From positions 24,520 through 88,519 of the forward strand of contig CAMEDC010000004.1 in assembly GCA_945913255.1 (NCBI GenBank): 64,000 nt of DNA, given 5' to 3'. Below are positions 28,801-35,125 of the stretch, piece after piece (positions within the stretch are counted from its first letter, which is position 1; each line of letters starts with the position of its first letter). The stretch is from an uncultured Lachnospiraceae bacterium (GTDB taxonomy: Bacteria; Bacillota; Clostridia; Lachnospirales; Lachnospiraceae). Position numbers and translations under genes: made by a program. The notes beneath the pieces are model-generated. The model was not told where the DNA came from. It made no database searches and saw only the letters and a program-made list of their open reading frames with translations.

Positions 28801-31800
28801 AAAGTTATTCGTAGTAGGTGAAAAACTGCCACTTCTTTCTGAGGGACTTAGTTCTCCCGTCTTAAACAGGTGACCAAAACCACTGTACCCAAATGTAACC
28901 ATACAACCGGGGTCACTATACGGATAACCTTGCATTTCCAGGTTTCCGTTTTTATATTGATAATACACGTTATCACTATGGCTGCTCGTCTTGTCCAGCA
29001 CCCACTTCGCGTAGTAAGTCTTTGTACCGCCTTCCGTATAAGTATGTACAGTAACAGGGGAACCCGTACAATTCATATTCGTATACCACCCCGCAAACCG
29101 AATGGCATCACTTCCCTTGTAGGTGGTTATTTCTGCTGGCAAGGCAACATTTTCATATACAGCCTGTGTATAAACTCCTGTTGCTGTTTTCTCCCACAAA
29201 GGATCTATAATATCTCCGCCCCTGGTCTTCAGGATTATCGTATTGGGCGGATTATCCTCCAGGGAATCTGCCTTCACCGTCACGGAAATAGGACCGGTAA
29301 TTTTCTCTCTGCTAATCCGGATGCTTCCCAACTTATTATCTGCATCATAGGTATAGCTGTAATTGAAATTTTCATTCTCCGGCTCGTTCAACAACTTGAT
29401 TATAACATTCGTCCCTCTGGTCGGTATCTCGTAGCCTTCCGCCGCCATTACTACCGCTCTGTAGTCTTCCTGTGCTTCATAAGTACCGTTCTCCAATACA
29501 TCTACCCGAATGGATGCCATCACATTCTCGGAAAGCTCTCCATCCACGCCAACGTCATAGATATTATTTTCATTGCTGTCAGCATAACTGTAGGTATTGG
29601 CTCCCTCCAGATCATAGTGGACCGAAACATAATTCAGTTCTGCCTCGTAGTTTTCTTTGGTAATCTCCGCTGCAGAGATGGTTTCATTTTCATCCTCGTA
29701 CACATAGTATACGGTATATACTTTCCCGGCATCTGCAGGATCTGCATCTTCGGAAAGGTCATACAGATTCTCCAGAGGAGTACGGTACACGGCAAGGTCA
29801 TCTGCCCGCTCCAGTGTGATATAGTTCACACCATCACAGGATGCAGCCAGTGCCTCGGCACCGGTAATCGCTTCTCCGATTTCCGCCTTTTCTCCATCCA
29901 CTCTCACGGTGACGGTTGCATACAAGCCGGATTCCGGTTCCTCGAGTTCGGATATGGTATAACTCTTATCAGAATGCCGAAGTGTTATACGCTTCAAGGT
30001 GCCATCGTTGCTTTGAATCAACACATCGGCGTTCGTTCCGTCGAAGGTAATACCGGAGGCAAGACCGGTAAAGGTAATCGTATGTCCTGCTCCGTCAAAA
30101 ACAAGACCGGCAGGAAGCTTTTTAACAGGAGACCATTCACTCTGCACCGTAATGTCATCCATGATTTTCACACTGAAATTCAAATCCGCTACGGTCATAT
30201 CGGCCGCCTGTCCCATTCCGGTAATGCCGTCCATGGGGTTCGCATCATCACTGTTGACCAGAATGGTAGAAATGGTATTTTCATCTAAAACACTTCCGTC
30301 AACATAGTAACCGTTCATCAAATCACGATAACGTAACAGCTGTTCTTCATTGTAAACGGTAAAGTAGGATACTGCCCTGGAAGTGCCCTGATAATAATGC
30401 AGAATGGTATCCTTTTTTTCACCGGAAGTAATTACAACGGTATAGATGGAAAAGTGCTCCGCCGTAATGGCCGCACTGTCTTCTGCGGCATCTGCTTCAT
30501 GGTTAATCTCTTCCGCCTCAGTGTGATCATCTGACACGTAAAAGACAGTCAGTTCCTTGTCCTCCTGTTGTTCCACCTCCGTCACGCCAACATTCTTGAA
30601 AGTCACGGAAACCTGTCCACAGGTGGTATCGGGCTCGATTTCATTTCCTTCCTCATCCACGATTGTAATATCAAAGGAGTAGGACTGTTCCACAACGGTT
30701 ACCACATCATCCGCAGTGGTTTCCTCTTTCTTTTCCGTGACAAGCTGTTCAATTTCGGAAACCTCTGCTTCATCGGTAATCATTTCCACATGCAGCAAAG
30801 CGCCGGCAGGGAACACTCCGGCGGGTGCAGAAACCGTTATTTCAATTCCGTTTCTCACAACAGTCTGTTCAAAAGCCACCTCCGCAGGCAACACCGTCGG
30901 GGTGGGCGAAGGAACAACTGTGGGGGACACTGTGGGCGTTGCCTCAGGGGATGCAGAGGGAGTTGCCTCAGGAGTTGCAGAGGTCGATACCCCGGGTGTT
31001 GTCCCGGGAGTTGCAGTCGGTGATACCTCGGGCGTTGTCCCGGGAGTTGCAGTTGGTGATACCTCGGGCGTTGTCCCGGGAGCTGCAGTCGGTAATACCT
31101 CGGGCGTTGTCCCGGGAGCTACAGAGGGAACTGCTTCCGCTGATGCTGTAGGAGTTGCTTCCGGCGTCACCTCAGGCACTTCCTCCCCGCTTCCATCACA
31201 TGCTGAACAGCTATGTGTACAGGGCTGTCCCTCTACCGCTTCCCGGTAGCCGCAAGTCTCATCATGTGTATGCTGGCAATTCAGTTCACGTGTCACACAG
31301 CCACTTTCCTCGGAACAGGAATGGGAACATACCAGATTCTGAACCTCGCTGTAGCACTCTTCCGTATGGACATGCCCTTCAGCGACAGCTTCAGTACCTT
31401 CTTCCGTTTCGACAGCCTCAGTGCTTCCCTCTTCCAAACCGCACACCAATACGGATTCTGTTTCATAGCAGCTGTCATCATGGACATGAACGCATACTGT
31501 GTTAGTAATATAGCACTCATCCCCATGGACATGCTGACAAGGCTGTGCCTCCACAGCCTCAACATATCCGCAGCTCGCATCATGGCAGGTATGGTTTTCA
31601 CAGACTGCTTCCGTCTGAGTCCCACTGCCGGACGCCAGTGCAGGAACATATACGCAGTTCACCACCAGGCAGACTACCATCAGCCCCGAAAGAATCCTTG
31701 CCGGTTTCTCATGTACCTGAAAGTGAATCAGCGTATAAAGAATTGCATTGTACACAAACAGGAAAACAAACAGAAAAGCAAGTATCGGATAGCGCAGCAC

Positions 31801-31929
31801 CCGATATTTTTTTCCAACCCCCGCCAATGCATGAATCGTTGTGCTCTTCGCATTTCTCAGAGGCTCTAATGCTTCATACACCTGATTGAATTTTTCTCTT
31901 TTGTTTCCCTTCATTTTCATAATTTCCAC
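16822..31929 (-). CDS. Giant (5,035-aa) modular cell-surface protein
   Basis: Uninterrupted 15,108-nt frame. GTG at 31929, or more likely ATG at 31920 after GAGAGAGTGGA. N-terminal hydrophobic segments end ...PALA-SG. Then a Cys/His-rich cluster, a Pro/Thr linker, at least 6 Listeria-Bacteroides-type repeats (GYTFAGW, GYNFLGYYT, GYTFGGWYT, YTFLGWF, IRFAGWYT, YKFKHWS), ten Asn/Gly-rich modules, and a C-terminal hydrophobic helix plus RRKGKENSKKQ tail. Confidence 0.9.
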   Translation of the reverse strand: MEIMKMKGNKREKFNQVYEALEPLRNAKSTTIHALAGVGKKYRVLRYPILAFLFVFLFVYNAILYTLIHFQVHEKPARILSGLMVVCLVVNCVYVPALASGSGTQTEAVCENHTCHDASCGYVEAVEAQPCQHVHGDECYITNTVCVHVHDDSCYETESVLVCGLEEGSTEAVETEEGTEAVAEGHVHTEECYSEVQNLVCSHSCSEESGCVTRELNCQHTHDETCGYREAVEGQPCTHSCSACDGSGEEVPEVTPEATPTASAEAVPSVAPGTTPEVLPTAAPGTTPEVSPTATPGTTPEVSPTATPGTTPGVSTSATPEATPSASPEATPTVSPTVVPSPTPTVLPAEVAFEQTVVRNGIEITVSAPAGVFPAGALLHVEMITDEAEVSEIEQLVTEKKEETTADDVVTVVEQSYSFDITIVDEEGNEIEPDTTCGQVSVTFKNVGVTEVEQQEDKELTVFYVSDDHTEAEEINHEADAAEDSAAITAEHFSIYTVVITSGEKKDTILHYYQGTSRAVSYFTVYNEEQLLRYRDLMNGYYVDGSVLDENTISTILVNSDDANPMDGITGMGQAADMTVADLNFSVKIMDDITVQSEWSPVKKLPAGLVFDGAGHTITFTGLASGITFDGTNADVLIQSNDGTLKRITLRHSDKSYTISELEEPESGLYATVTVRVDGEKAEIGEAITGAEALAASCDGVNYITLERADDLAVYRTPLENLYDLSEDADPADAGKVYTVYYVYEDENETISAAEITKENYEAELNYVSVHYDLEGANTYSYADSNENNIYDVGVDGELSENVMASIRVDVLENGTYEAQEDYRAVVMAAEGYEIPTRGTNVIIKLLNEPENENFNYSYTYDADNKLGSIRISREKITGPISVTVKADSLEDNPPNTIILKTRGGDIIDPLWEKTATGVYTQAVYENVALPAEITTYKGSDAIRFAGWYTNMNCTGSPVTVHTYTEGGTKTYYAKWVLDKTSSHSDNVYYQYKNGNLEMQGYPYSDPGCMVTFGYSGFGHLFKTGELSPSERSGSFSPTTNNFASMVSTEGDDIFKQLSGTNIYVALVCTLEDSLVDVTYIFENRGTSAYTDKLYFGASADVMIAGDDWATVEPKDTAGGVSYLNMTSRSDCKTNADRAYPNAVPDQQFRLYTDGFAFGVDKLFSFWYGGYSYRDAHIFAPTTYDKKFKGDSGLSFSWEITEDIPVGQYITRTTKMGLSDVNTMNNIIATLEAGSGCFSDGTSSMKKTSDQKSITVNTDGTITIKKSTGNETIQPPTRSGYKFKHWSVGAEDENKNCAGSTGKEFTESVTLYANWIPQPDKSVTNNCSVQKVNGSSNLLVPEALGNIVIINNTPGATTERIKQGDTAQEAAGYASGFACTLSMEGEDDRYLLPDDIEVTVTDAESGAVTKLTKDTGYSYSVYDNRKKAFLEINRRYINGDITITAIGYELPPVTATSVSITVPQDTISYGERAVFTAHAETSKNHVASYQWYIAPYYEIELDNELSWTYQNQDGVALQNGTFGRGDTVYDALYGKIKAESDTPFAPSGTPITISGANKATLRISGLDVNPFEIRQGESMEGLQYGGYHVYCVVTSTRNITGQEIVAVSNVAELKVTTAQYAPPSGIEGSATTYYGGTDGSIILTAQANRPTLKYRKSGQIAWNTVTDAQLEAGEITGLTAGTYEFKYAADENHTESDSINVEVENGRYIIVTYRAPGCDDTSLRTQYKHVSYGSTVTAGTASQVAGETVQNPARTGYTFAGWNPAVINGITENTTVNAVYTYGIYEITLDNQEATTSGTAVIYEKYSAGFYAEEDCTNPVNGVSGITIPQKEGYNFLGYYTEADGGIQMICADGCLSENMSATRYLDAATLYAHWEAKPVDFNVLPDVNDPDGGTSGGDTPGTEPDADVQVSVKPTDPDTPGEGTDPDDPGTGGEDSEYSADTSYEVTITNRTGKEANVVSIYSDGILKRTLTNAVFDENNQYTFTLIPSEVGGGSITFVLGYVSSTTEEGAGKTPEEIETEAEEQAANLNYTITYKEVNGSTTGTAFTGTFVTTAPEKGVKGVATTLPEAEKTGYTFGGWYTAPRGTGRAVTEISASNTADEVVVYAKWIANKYTITLKTNGGSYAENFAPAEQYQHGGSNVTLPDSTRITRENYTFLGWFDKEELLGDAVTEVDTAQVGRVTYYAGWELLPAHTVTLRVDDEKYTITPDENFDFVPGEDEDGSYYAVNNIYDGKEYQFTVAVKPAYKLKAVKANGKLLVGEDGVFTIAAVTDDIIVTVGTEKLVSTTETEVSDAAATIKLDDGTIGYFESIAAAIEYAANYGNNSVIQLQKDFEDIEIDALKGITAYSIDLNGHTVGSSAEDGDSTLLIEDGAVVTLLDSQGTPNGANKLSIENRGELTNEIVVGELLNLGITNNHGTVLAMTQQDSETYEKSKFENYGSIGTAKLEHGYFVEHVLENAPEGLTGYNTIMNGNEYYVDFRDAVDIANASEGDATILVLSTVDNRNTTIDLNNQNGYAITVDLNGCNLSSGTVTTSGKVSFVNGKGSATCISEISASIDNNGELTIGEYVKVSGELTNEEDGKVQVEPNAVVSGPVNNKGTFDNDGNVTGVFTNEGDTTNDGTMNNVIQKDGDFHNNNEVKTKVEMEGGSYTPAEEAAPQIPDGAVAKSNTTPVTYYGKFEDAVKDANEQDPSDPDVPSPFEITILKDIPDDRLGDDTPVVLDPDVPVVINLNNHELGDGSDPEKGIQIGQDGGETPAGSDSGVTLKNEPENGEDADTGKGIVKTPLKVEEDGSLDVGKDITAKDVDNDGKLKVEKDGNIEKLTNRGDTENNGNLKDVDQKGGSLSNGEDGNIQNLNQEGGDTNNAGKIEKLTQTGGNTENQEGGTIEDADIDKGGYTGKAPEKINGATPADETDGKVAKITPPGGGEPVYFVSLDDALEYAAGMENGPVTVELLKDITEEEIDFTTAKNPVTPVILDLNGHNVTTPSTIHTGEGTSLTITDSKPDGEKGTVSAPVTNDGDLTIDEGISVSGDVTNSDKGKLNNKGNISGDVNNAGDIDNDGTVTGDVENTGDFDNAGEVTGTVEQKDGTYTNEEGATTNQIVQTGGKTVNQDDSETAPGGIGDVDLQRGSYEGDEPSTPIDNAVAKIGDKLYGDLQSAIEDANQSEEDVNIELLKDVTLPETPALVIDNTNGKEINIDLKGNDITGGKIQIGSDTGEGGSTPADSKVTFTDTGSPETGEKGKIGSDIDVKKDGDLTLGEDVTATGDLDNAGKTTNNGTIAPGNVTNTGDMENNGDIGGQLKQENGTFTNGETGTVGDVEQTGGTLDNQNPNGGIDSADVSGGEFKGQPADDMEYSGAKVAVITQNPDGSTNTTYYPSLEEALNDTEGNATLKLLDDIKGENGETIVVDKPGITIDLNGHEIGEPSDMEITENATDTKLTDSSEGKSGSVTVPIDNKGDLTIEEGVEASKVENSGKLNNEGEITELINNGDTTNGGTIGSLKQESGSVKNSEDGNITSVEFDGGSYEGKNPTTMEGDAVAKIGDKLYGDLASAIKDANQSPEDVTIEVLKDTSLPDAANPDTPVTEIGNENGKKITLDLGGNKVSGGPVEVKAPGTTEITDSSTDGIGALQTDMKVDSGANLMIDEGTTVEGDIENKGTTENKGNIAGNVSNKEGGDFKNNGEIDGDVENAGEMENTGDILGDVTNDESGSFRNEGENSYIGGDVENQGDMENQGIISGEVDNTGDLNNSGNIDNNVTNRGNGTFDNDGNVNGQLENKDNAKTDNCGKINQVKQSGGELDNDQGGEISEYLQTGGDLNNGSDGKISDLTQTGGKTNNEGRIDDASISDLNNYSGKQPESGLDGVEASITYSDENGNPKTEYFSSLEEALEAAREKNSDGNSPVTVTLTESPFVIDSPVTIPEGVTLEVPEGNKIVIGENGDLDNRGNIHIDEGGELDIQSGGKLSNSGNLDNEGSLTNEEGGSLTNKTGGNLTNSGSLTNEEGGSLKNEEGGSLTNKGENSYIEGDVENAGDMSNEGRIEGDVDNTGNLNNTGDLTNVVNRENGSFDNDGDVTGKLENKDNATTDNSGNIHDVEQSGGKLNNVEGGSIEEVNQSGGELNNVEGGSIEEVNQSGGELNNGENGTIEEVNQSGGKLNNGENGTIGDLNQTGGKTNNEGRVDRAEVSDLNGYTGKLPEAGLPGAESSITYEDENGNPKTEYYSTLEEALEAAQEKNAEGEKPVTVTPVTTPVVINSPVSVPEGVTLTIPSDNQITIGEGGSLDNKGNIQIEEDGELDIQSGGKLTNSGNLGNGGNLKIEEGGSLTNEEGGSLTNKTGGNLTNSGSLKNEEGGSLKNEEGGSLTNKGENSYIEGDVENAGDMSNEGRVEGNVDNTGNLNNTGDLTNVVNRENGSFDNDGDVTGKLENKDNATIDNSGNIHDVEQSGGEMNNGENGTIGDLNQTGGSTNNEGQVDRAEVSNLNGYTGKLPEAGLPGAESSITYEDENGNPKTEYYSTLEEALEAAQEKNAEGEKPVTVTPVTSPVVINSPVSVPEGVTLEVPEGSKVVIGDGGSLENKGNIRIEEGGTLTNEEGGILQNQGNIVNGGTLENNKGGKIINAGDISSKAPGFLANNGTIDNNNGSLNGASDADGSTVNNGAISGGNVAGPLENGKAGTISGIHKLSGDITNEGRIEMSHDADTSSAVIQNLPGSSYVKKDPESTNTNNTDDEEEDDVPAVEETVVKPVNTDTVTVTKKPSAGTEADEKKAEETTGEEEPSSENRIEELIHQALETGNIVVAGTDSFGETIAENKLPSQSVSGFSETGVMNTVIAEEEMASIVKAVLTDKEKQAVLDGETVSLRAEVARIEDEKVSVKYQQAVLDAIPEDKRTISFLQMSLFKKIGDSEEVKVGIDSPIKVSFEIPAEYRSVDGEPIEYQIVRVYTDEAGNVCTEQVEFTMEENVVSMFVDSSSEYALVVEKGAVLLVDSYAQGGTDVITQNLVKEPEGGHGYMWMIPTVILILLGTGYTLRRKGKENSKKQ
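18190..20340 (-). repeat. Near-identical tandem coding modules (~0.87-1.04 kb) inside the giant gene
   Basis: Long identical strings recur at offsets of 873 nt (18338 vs 19211) and 1,011-1,035 nt (19284 vs 20295; 18623 vs 19658). The plus-strand shadow ORFs 18623-18829 and 19658-19864 translate almost identically. Confidence 0.9.
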
Positions 31930-32071
31930 TCTCTCATTCCTTAGTTGGTAGTCGAGGCGACAGCCGCTTGTTTTTTTGTACTACTATATCATAAGTACCG
32001 TAACCAAACCGTAACCGAAAGTGGCTAAAAAGACCTTTTTAAAGGAATTTAAGAGAAAAAATTATAAAATT

Positions 32072-35044
32072 TTACAAATTTTTACATTTTAAGACAGAAC
32101 GAATGCAATCTAATGAAGAGCTAAGTTCCGGGCCCAGATATGACTCCGGCAGTTCTGAGGATGCTTTGTGTATACGAATCCGCTCCAAAACAGCACCGGC
32201 CTCAAGTGCACCGATTGTCAGGCTCTGTACGCCTTCTTCAAAGGACAGTTCCGCTGAGGTTACCCGAATCTGATCCAGAACGCCTCTGCACCAACGCCCA
32301 TCCCTATGATCTCCGGCATGAAAGTCGGATGGAATCAGCGTAAGTACTTTCGTTTCCCCACAGGAAGTCTCCACTCTCATCCGCATTGCACGGCAGTTTA
32401 CCGCAGAATTGGTCGGTGCCGTCAGGAACTCCACCCGATACCTTCCAGACTCCGGGATGAAGAACCGGTACGTCAGTTCCGGGGCGTCCTCGCCTTCCGC
32501 AAAATCTGCTGTCGAAGGGAATACCTTCACAGCATTTTCATACTTTCCGTATCCGTCAAGCACCCGGAATGCTCCCTTTTCCGTATCCTTCCGGTTGCAG
32601 AAGCCTGTCGCTGCAATCACAATGCCATCTTTTGCAGGCAGCCAGACGCTTTCCGTCAAGACATCATCATCCGATTGTTCCCTGTTTTGCATCTGTTCCG
32701 CCCCAAACTCCGACGCTCCTGCCTGTATTTTCAATCTCGCGGCTTTCACCTCCACAGCGACACTGGTTTCTCCATCCGTCACAAGAAGTCTGACTGACTG
32801 CGCCTTAGCAGGCAGCTTTTCTCTGTTGCAGCTGATTTCTATCCGCTGTATATCTTTAATAACACCTGTTTTTGGGTTGACTTCCAACCATTCAGGCCAC
32901 TCGCCGTCTTCCGGCTCTACCCGGAATTCCAGCGTTCCGATTCCGTCATTGCAGGCCTCAAGCAAAACCTTTCCGCAGCCTTCGAACAGAAAGTCACTGA
33001 CCTCTATCACTTCCGGACTTCCGTAGTTTTTCACATATACCTGCTCCTCGTCAGCCCTGGATACACTGAGTCTCGGTTTTCCCACAGGTTCCACGCTACA
33101 GACAACGGGATATCTGCTGCCATCCTCATTCCATTTCGTAAAGCCGATGTGTGGAGCCAGCTGCATTCCACTCCATTTTCCTGACTTGAAAGCAGCGAAA
33201 TCTTCTGCAAGTTTTCTGTCCTTTTCGATACATTCCCTCACCAGGGCACCGTATCTGTTTGCTGCCTGCCTTCCCTGCTTTGCATAGTGGTGATTTTTCG
33301 CCGCATAGAGATGCATTTTCAACAGATTCAGGAATGCCGTTGCCGAAAAGTGAACCATGCTGTAGTAGCCATCCCTTTCCTCGTCCGGAAGCTCCTCCAT
33401 CACTTTCTCCGACAGTCCTTCCACTTCCAGCGCCTTTTCCAGCATCCTGTCTGCTTCCAGATAATGGCAGGGATGATAGATAGTCTCATTCAGGGACTCC
33501 GGGCGGCGCAAATGTGCCAGATCAATATAATCTGTGAACACTGCCGCCGCAGCCTGCTGTACCTCCATCGCCGCCTCCGGGAAATTCGTCTCTGCCCACT
33601 TTTCCGTAAACTCCCTGTAGCTATCCGGATTGCTGCTGCCCCACTTGTCGAAATCGTAGGCAAGTGCCATGAAATAAGTCAATGGCACTTCGTGCAGCTT
33701 CAAATCCCCCACATTCACAATCCACAGATCGCGGATTCCATACTCGTAGGCAGTGCACATCTGCTCCCAGGTCTTCGACAAAGGAGTAGAATCCAGCCAC
33801 TCGTAAGAAATCGGGCCGCCATGATAGTCAAAGTGATAGTACATGCCGAAGCCACCCTTATGATTTCGTATTTCCTCTGTGGGCAGCGTTCTCATATGAC
33901 CGAAGTTGTCTTCACAGAGCATACAGATTACCCCGTCAAGCTCCTCCCAGTCCTTCAGACCGGCTGTATTCTCATCCCCGTAAAAGTAAGCTTCCACCTC
34001 TTTGTAGAGGGCAAGCATCCGGGGAACCTTTGTCAAATCCTCATTCACATACTTTTTGATCAGTCCGTTCTGTTTTCTGATAATGTCTTTTAAGAGATTC
34101 ACGTTCTCCTCGACCGTGGCATTATCTCCCAGCATGGAGCTGTCCCTCTCACCCCTCATGCCGATGGTGATTACATTTTCATAACGCCCGCTACGTTTCA
34201 GGGAATCTTCCCAGTAATTCAGTAATCCCTGCTCATTTGTGTAAAAATTCCACTCGTTACCGTAACGTGTTCCCTCGCCTCGCACCTTATCCCATTCCTC
34301 GCTGGCACGCAGGCAGGGCTCATGGTGGGAATATCCCATGACGACACCGTATAAATCCGCAAGTTCTTCGTTCGCACTGCCCGGTCCATCCAGCGGAAAG
34401 GAAGCGGTCCACATGGCAGGCCACATATAATTTCCCTTCATGCGAAGCAGAAATTCAAAAACGTATTTATAAGCATTGGCATTAAAATCACCGAAATGGG
34501 AAGTCACCCAGGTACCGAAGCAGGGCCACTCATCATTGATGAAAAATCCGCGGTACCTGACAGACGGCTCTTTGGAAACCATCTCGATATCACTTTTGAT
34601 TTCCACATCGGGACGCTTCGCAGGCGCCGCATCTCCCCAGTAGACAAGGGGAGTCACACCGAGATATTCCGAGAGAGTAAACATGCCGTAAATGGTTCCC
34701 CTCTTGTCACTGCCGCAAATCACAAGAGCCTGCTTCACACCGTCAAAAGGATTTTCCACCAGTCTAAGGCAGAACACTTCTCTCTTTCCCCGGATTTTGT
34801 CTACATCAATCAAGCCCCGGGCTGTCAGTGCTTCCAAAAGCGCACTATGTCCCAGAGTGGCACAGAAAATCATTCTGTCAAAGACTGTTCCATCTTGAAA
34901 TGCCATCTCCGACAAAAGCTTTGGCTTTTCTCCTGTTACCAGACAGATGTCCTCCGCTACCGTGTCCGCAATTCTCTTTACGCCTTCAAAGGCACTGCCT
35001 TCCACCAGAATCGGTGCCACCATTCCGTTTTTCAAAAGCTTCAT
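32072..35044 (-). CDS. Glycoside hydrolase, GH115-like (xylan alpha-glucuronidase family)
   Basis: 990 aa with no signal peptide. N-terminal and catalytic-region motifs resemble GH115 as I remember it (YRGFFINDEWP, MGYSHHEPC, GMRGERD). AGGAGG RBS. The family assignment is from memory, not a search. Confidence 0.65.
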   Translation of the reverse strand: MKLLKNGMVAPILVEGSAFEGVKRIADTVAEDICLVTGEKPKLLSEMAFQDGTVFDRMIFCATLGHSALLEALTARGLIDVDKIRGKREVFCLRLVENPFDGVKQALVICGSDKRGTIYGMFTLSEYLGVTPLVYWGDAAPAKRPDVEIKSDIEMVSKEPSVRYRGFFINDEWPCFGTWVTSHFGDFNANAYKYVFEFLLRMKGNYMWPAMWTASFPLDGPGSANEELADLYGVVMGYSHHEPCLRASEEWDKVRGEGTRYGNEWNFYTNEQGLLNYWEDSLKRSGRYENVITIGMRGERDSSMLGDNATVEENVNLLKDIIRKQNGLIKKYVNEDLTKVPRMLALYKEVEAYFYGDENTAGLKDWEELDGVICMLCEDNFGHMRTLPTEEIRNHKGGFGMYYHFDYHGGPISYEWLDSTPLSKTWEQMCTAYEYGIRDLWIVNVGDLKLHEVPLTYFMALAYDFDKWGSSNPDSYREFTEKWAETNFPEAAMEVQQAAAAVFTDYIDLAHLRRPESLNETIYHPCHYLEADRMLEKALEVEGLSEKVMEELPDEERDGYYSMVHFSATAFLNLLKMHLYAAKNHHYAKQGRQAANRYGALVRECIEKDRKLAEDFAAFKSGKWSGMQLAPHIGFTKWNEDGSRYPVVCSVEPVGKPRLSVSRADEEQVYVKNYGSPEVIEVSDFLFEGCGKVLLEACNDGIGTLEFRVEPEDGEWPEWLEVNPKTGVIKDIQRIEISCNREKLPAKAQSVRLLVTDGETSVAVEVKAARLKIQAGASEFGAEQMQNREQSDDDVLTESVWLPAKDGIVIAATGFCNRKDTEKGAFRVLDGYGKYENAVKVFPSTADFAEGEDAPELTYRFFIPESGRYRVEFLTAPTNSAVNCRAMRMRVETSCGETKVLTLIPSDFHAGDHRDGRWCRGVLDQIRVTSAELSFEEGVQSLTIGALEAGAVLERIRIHKASSELPESYLGPELSSSLDCIRSVLKCKNL

Positions 35045-35125
35045 TCCTCTGCTCCTCCTGCCCCTGTATCCATGCTGTTTTTCCGATATTTCCCCTGCCT
35101 GTATGAATCATCCGGTTATCTTCCC

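Noticed and set aside
17200-31900. Many plus-strand ORFs inside the giant gene, for example 22669-23706 (345 aa), 28870-30288 (472 aa), 24022-24702 and 31213-31869.
   Set aside because: All lie antisense to one continuous 15-kb minus-strand frame. They have low-complexity Ser/Pro/Leu/Phe-rich translations, no RBS and repeat-derived periodicity. They are shadow ORFs of the repetitive coding strand.
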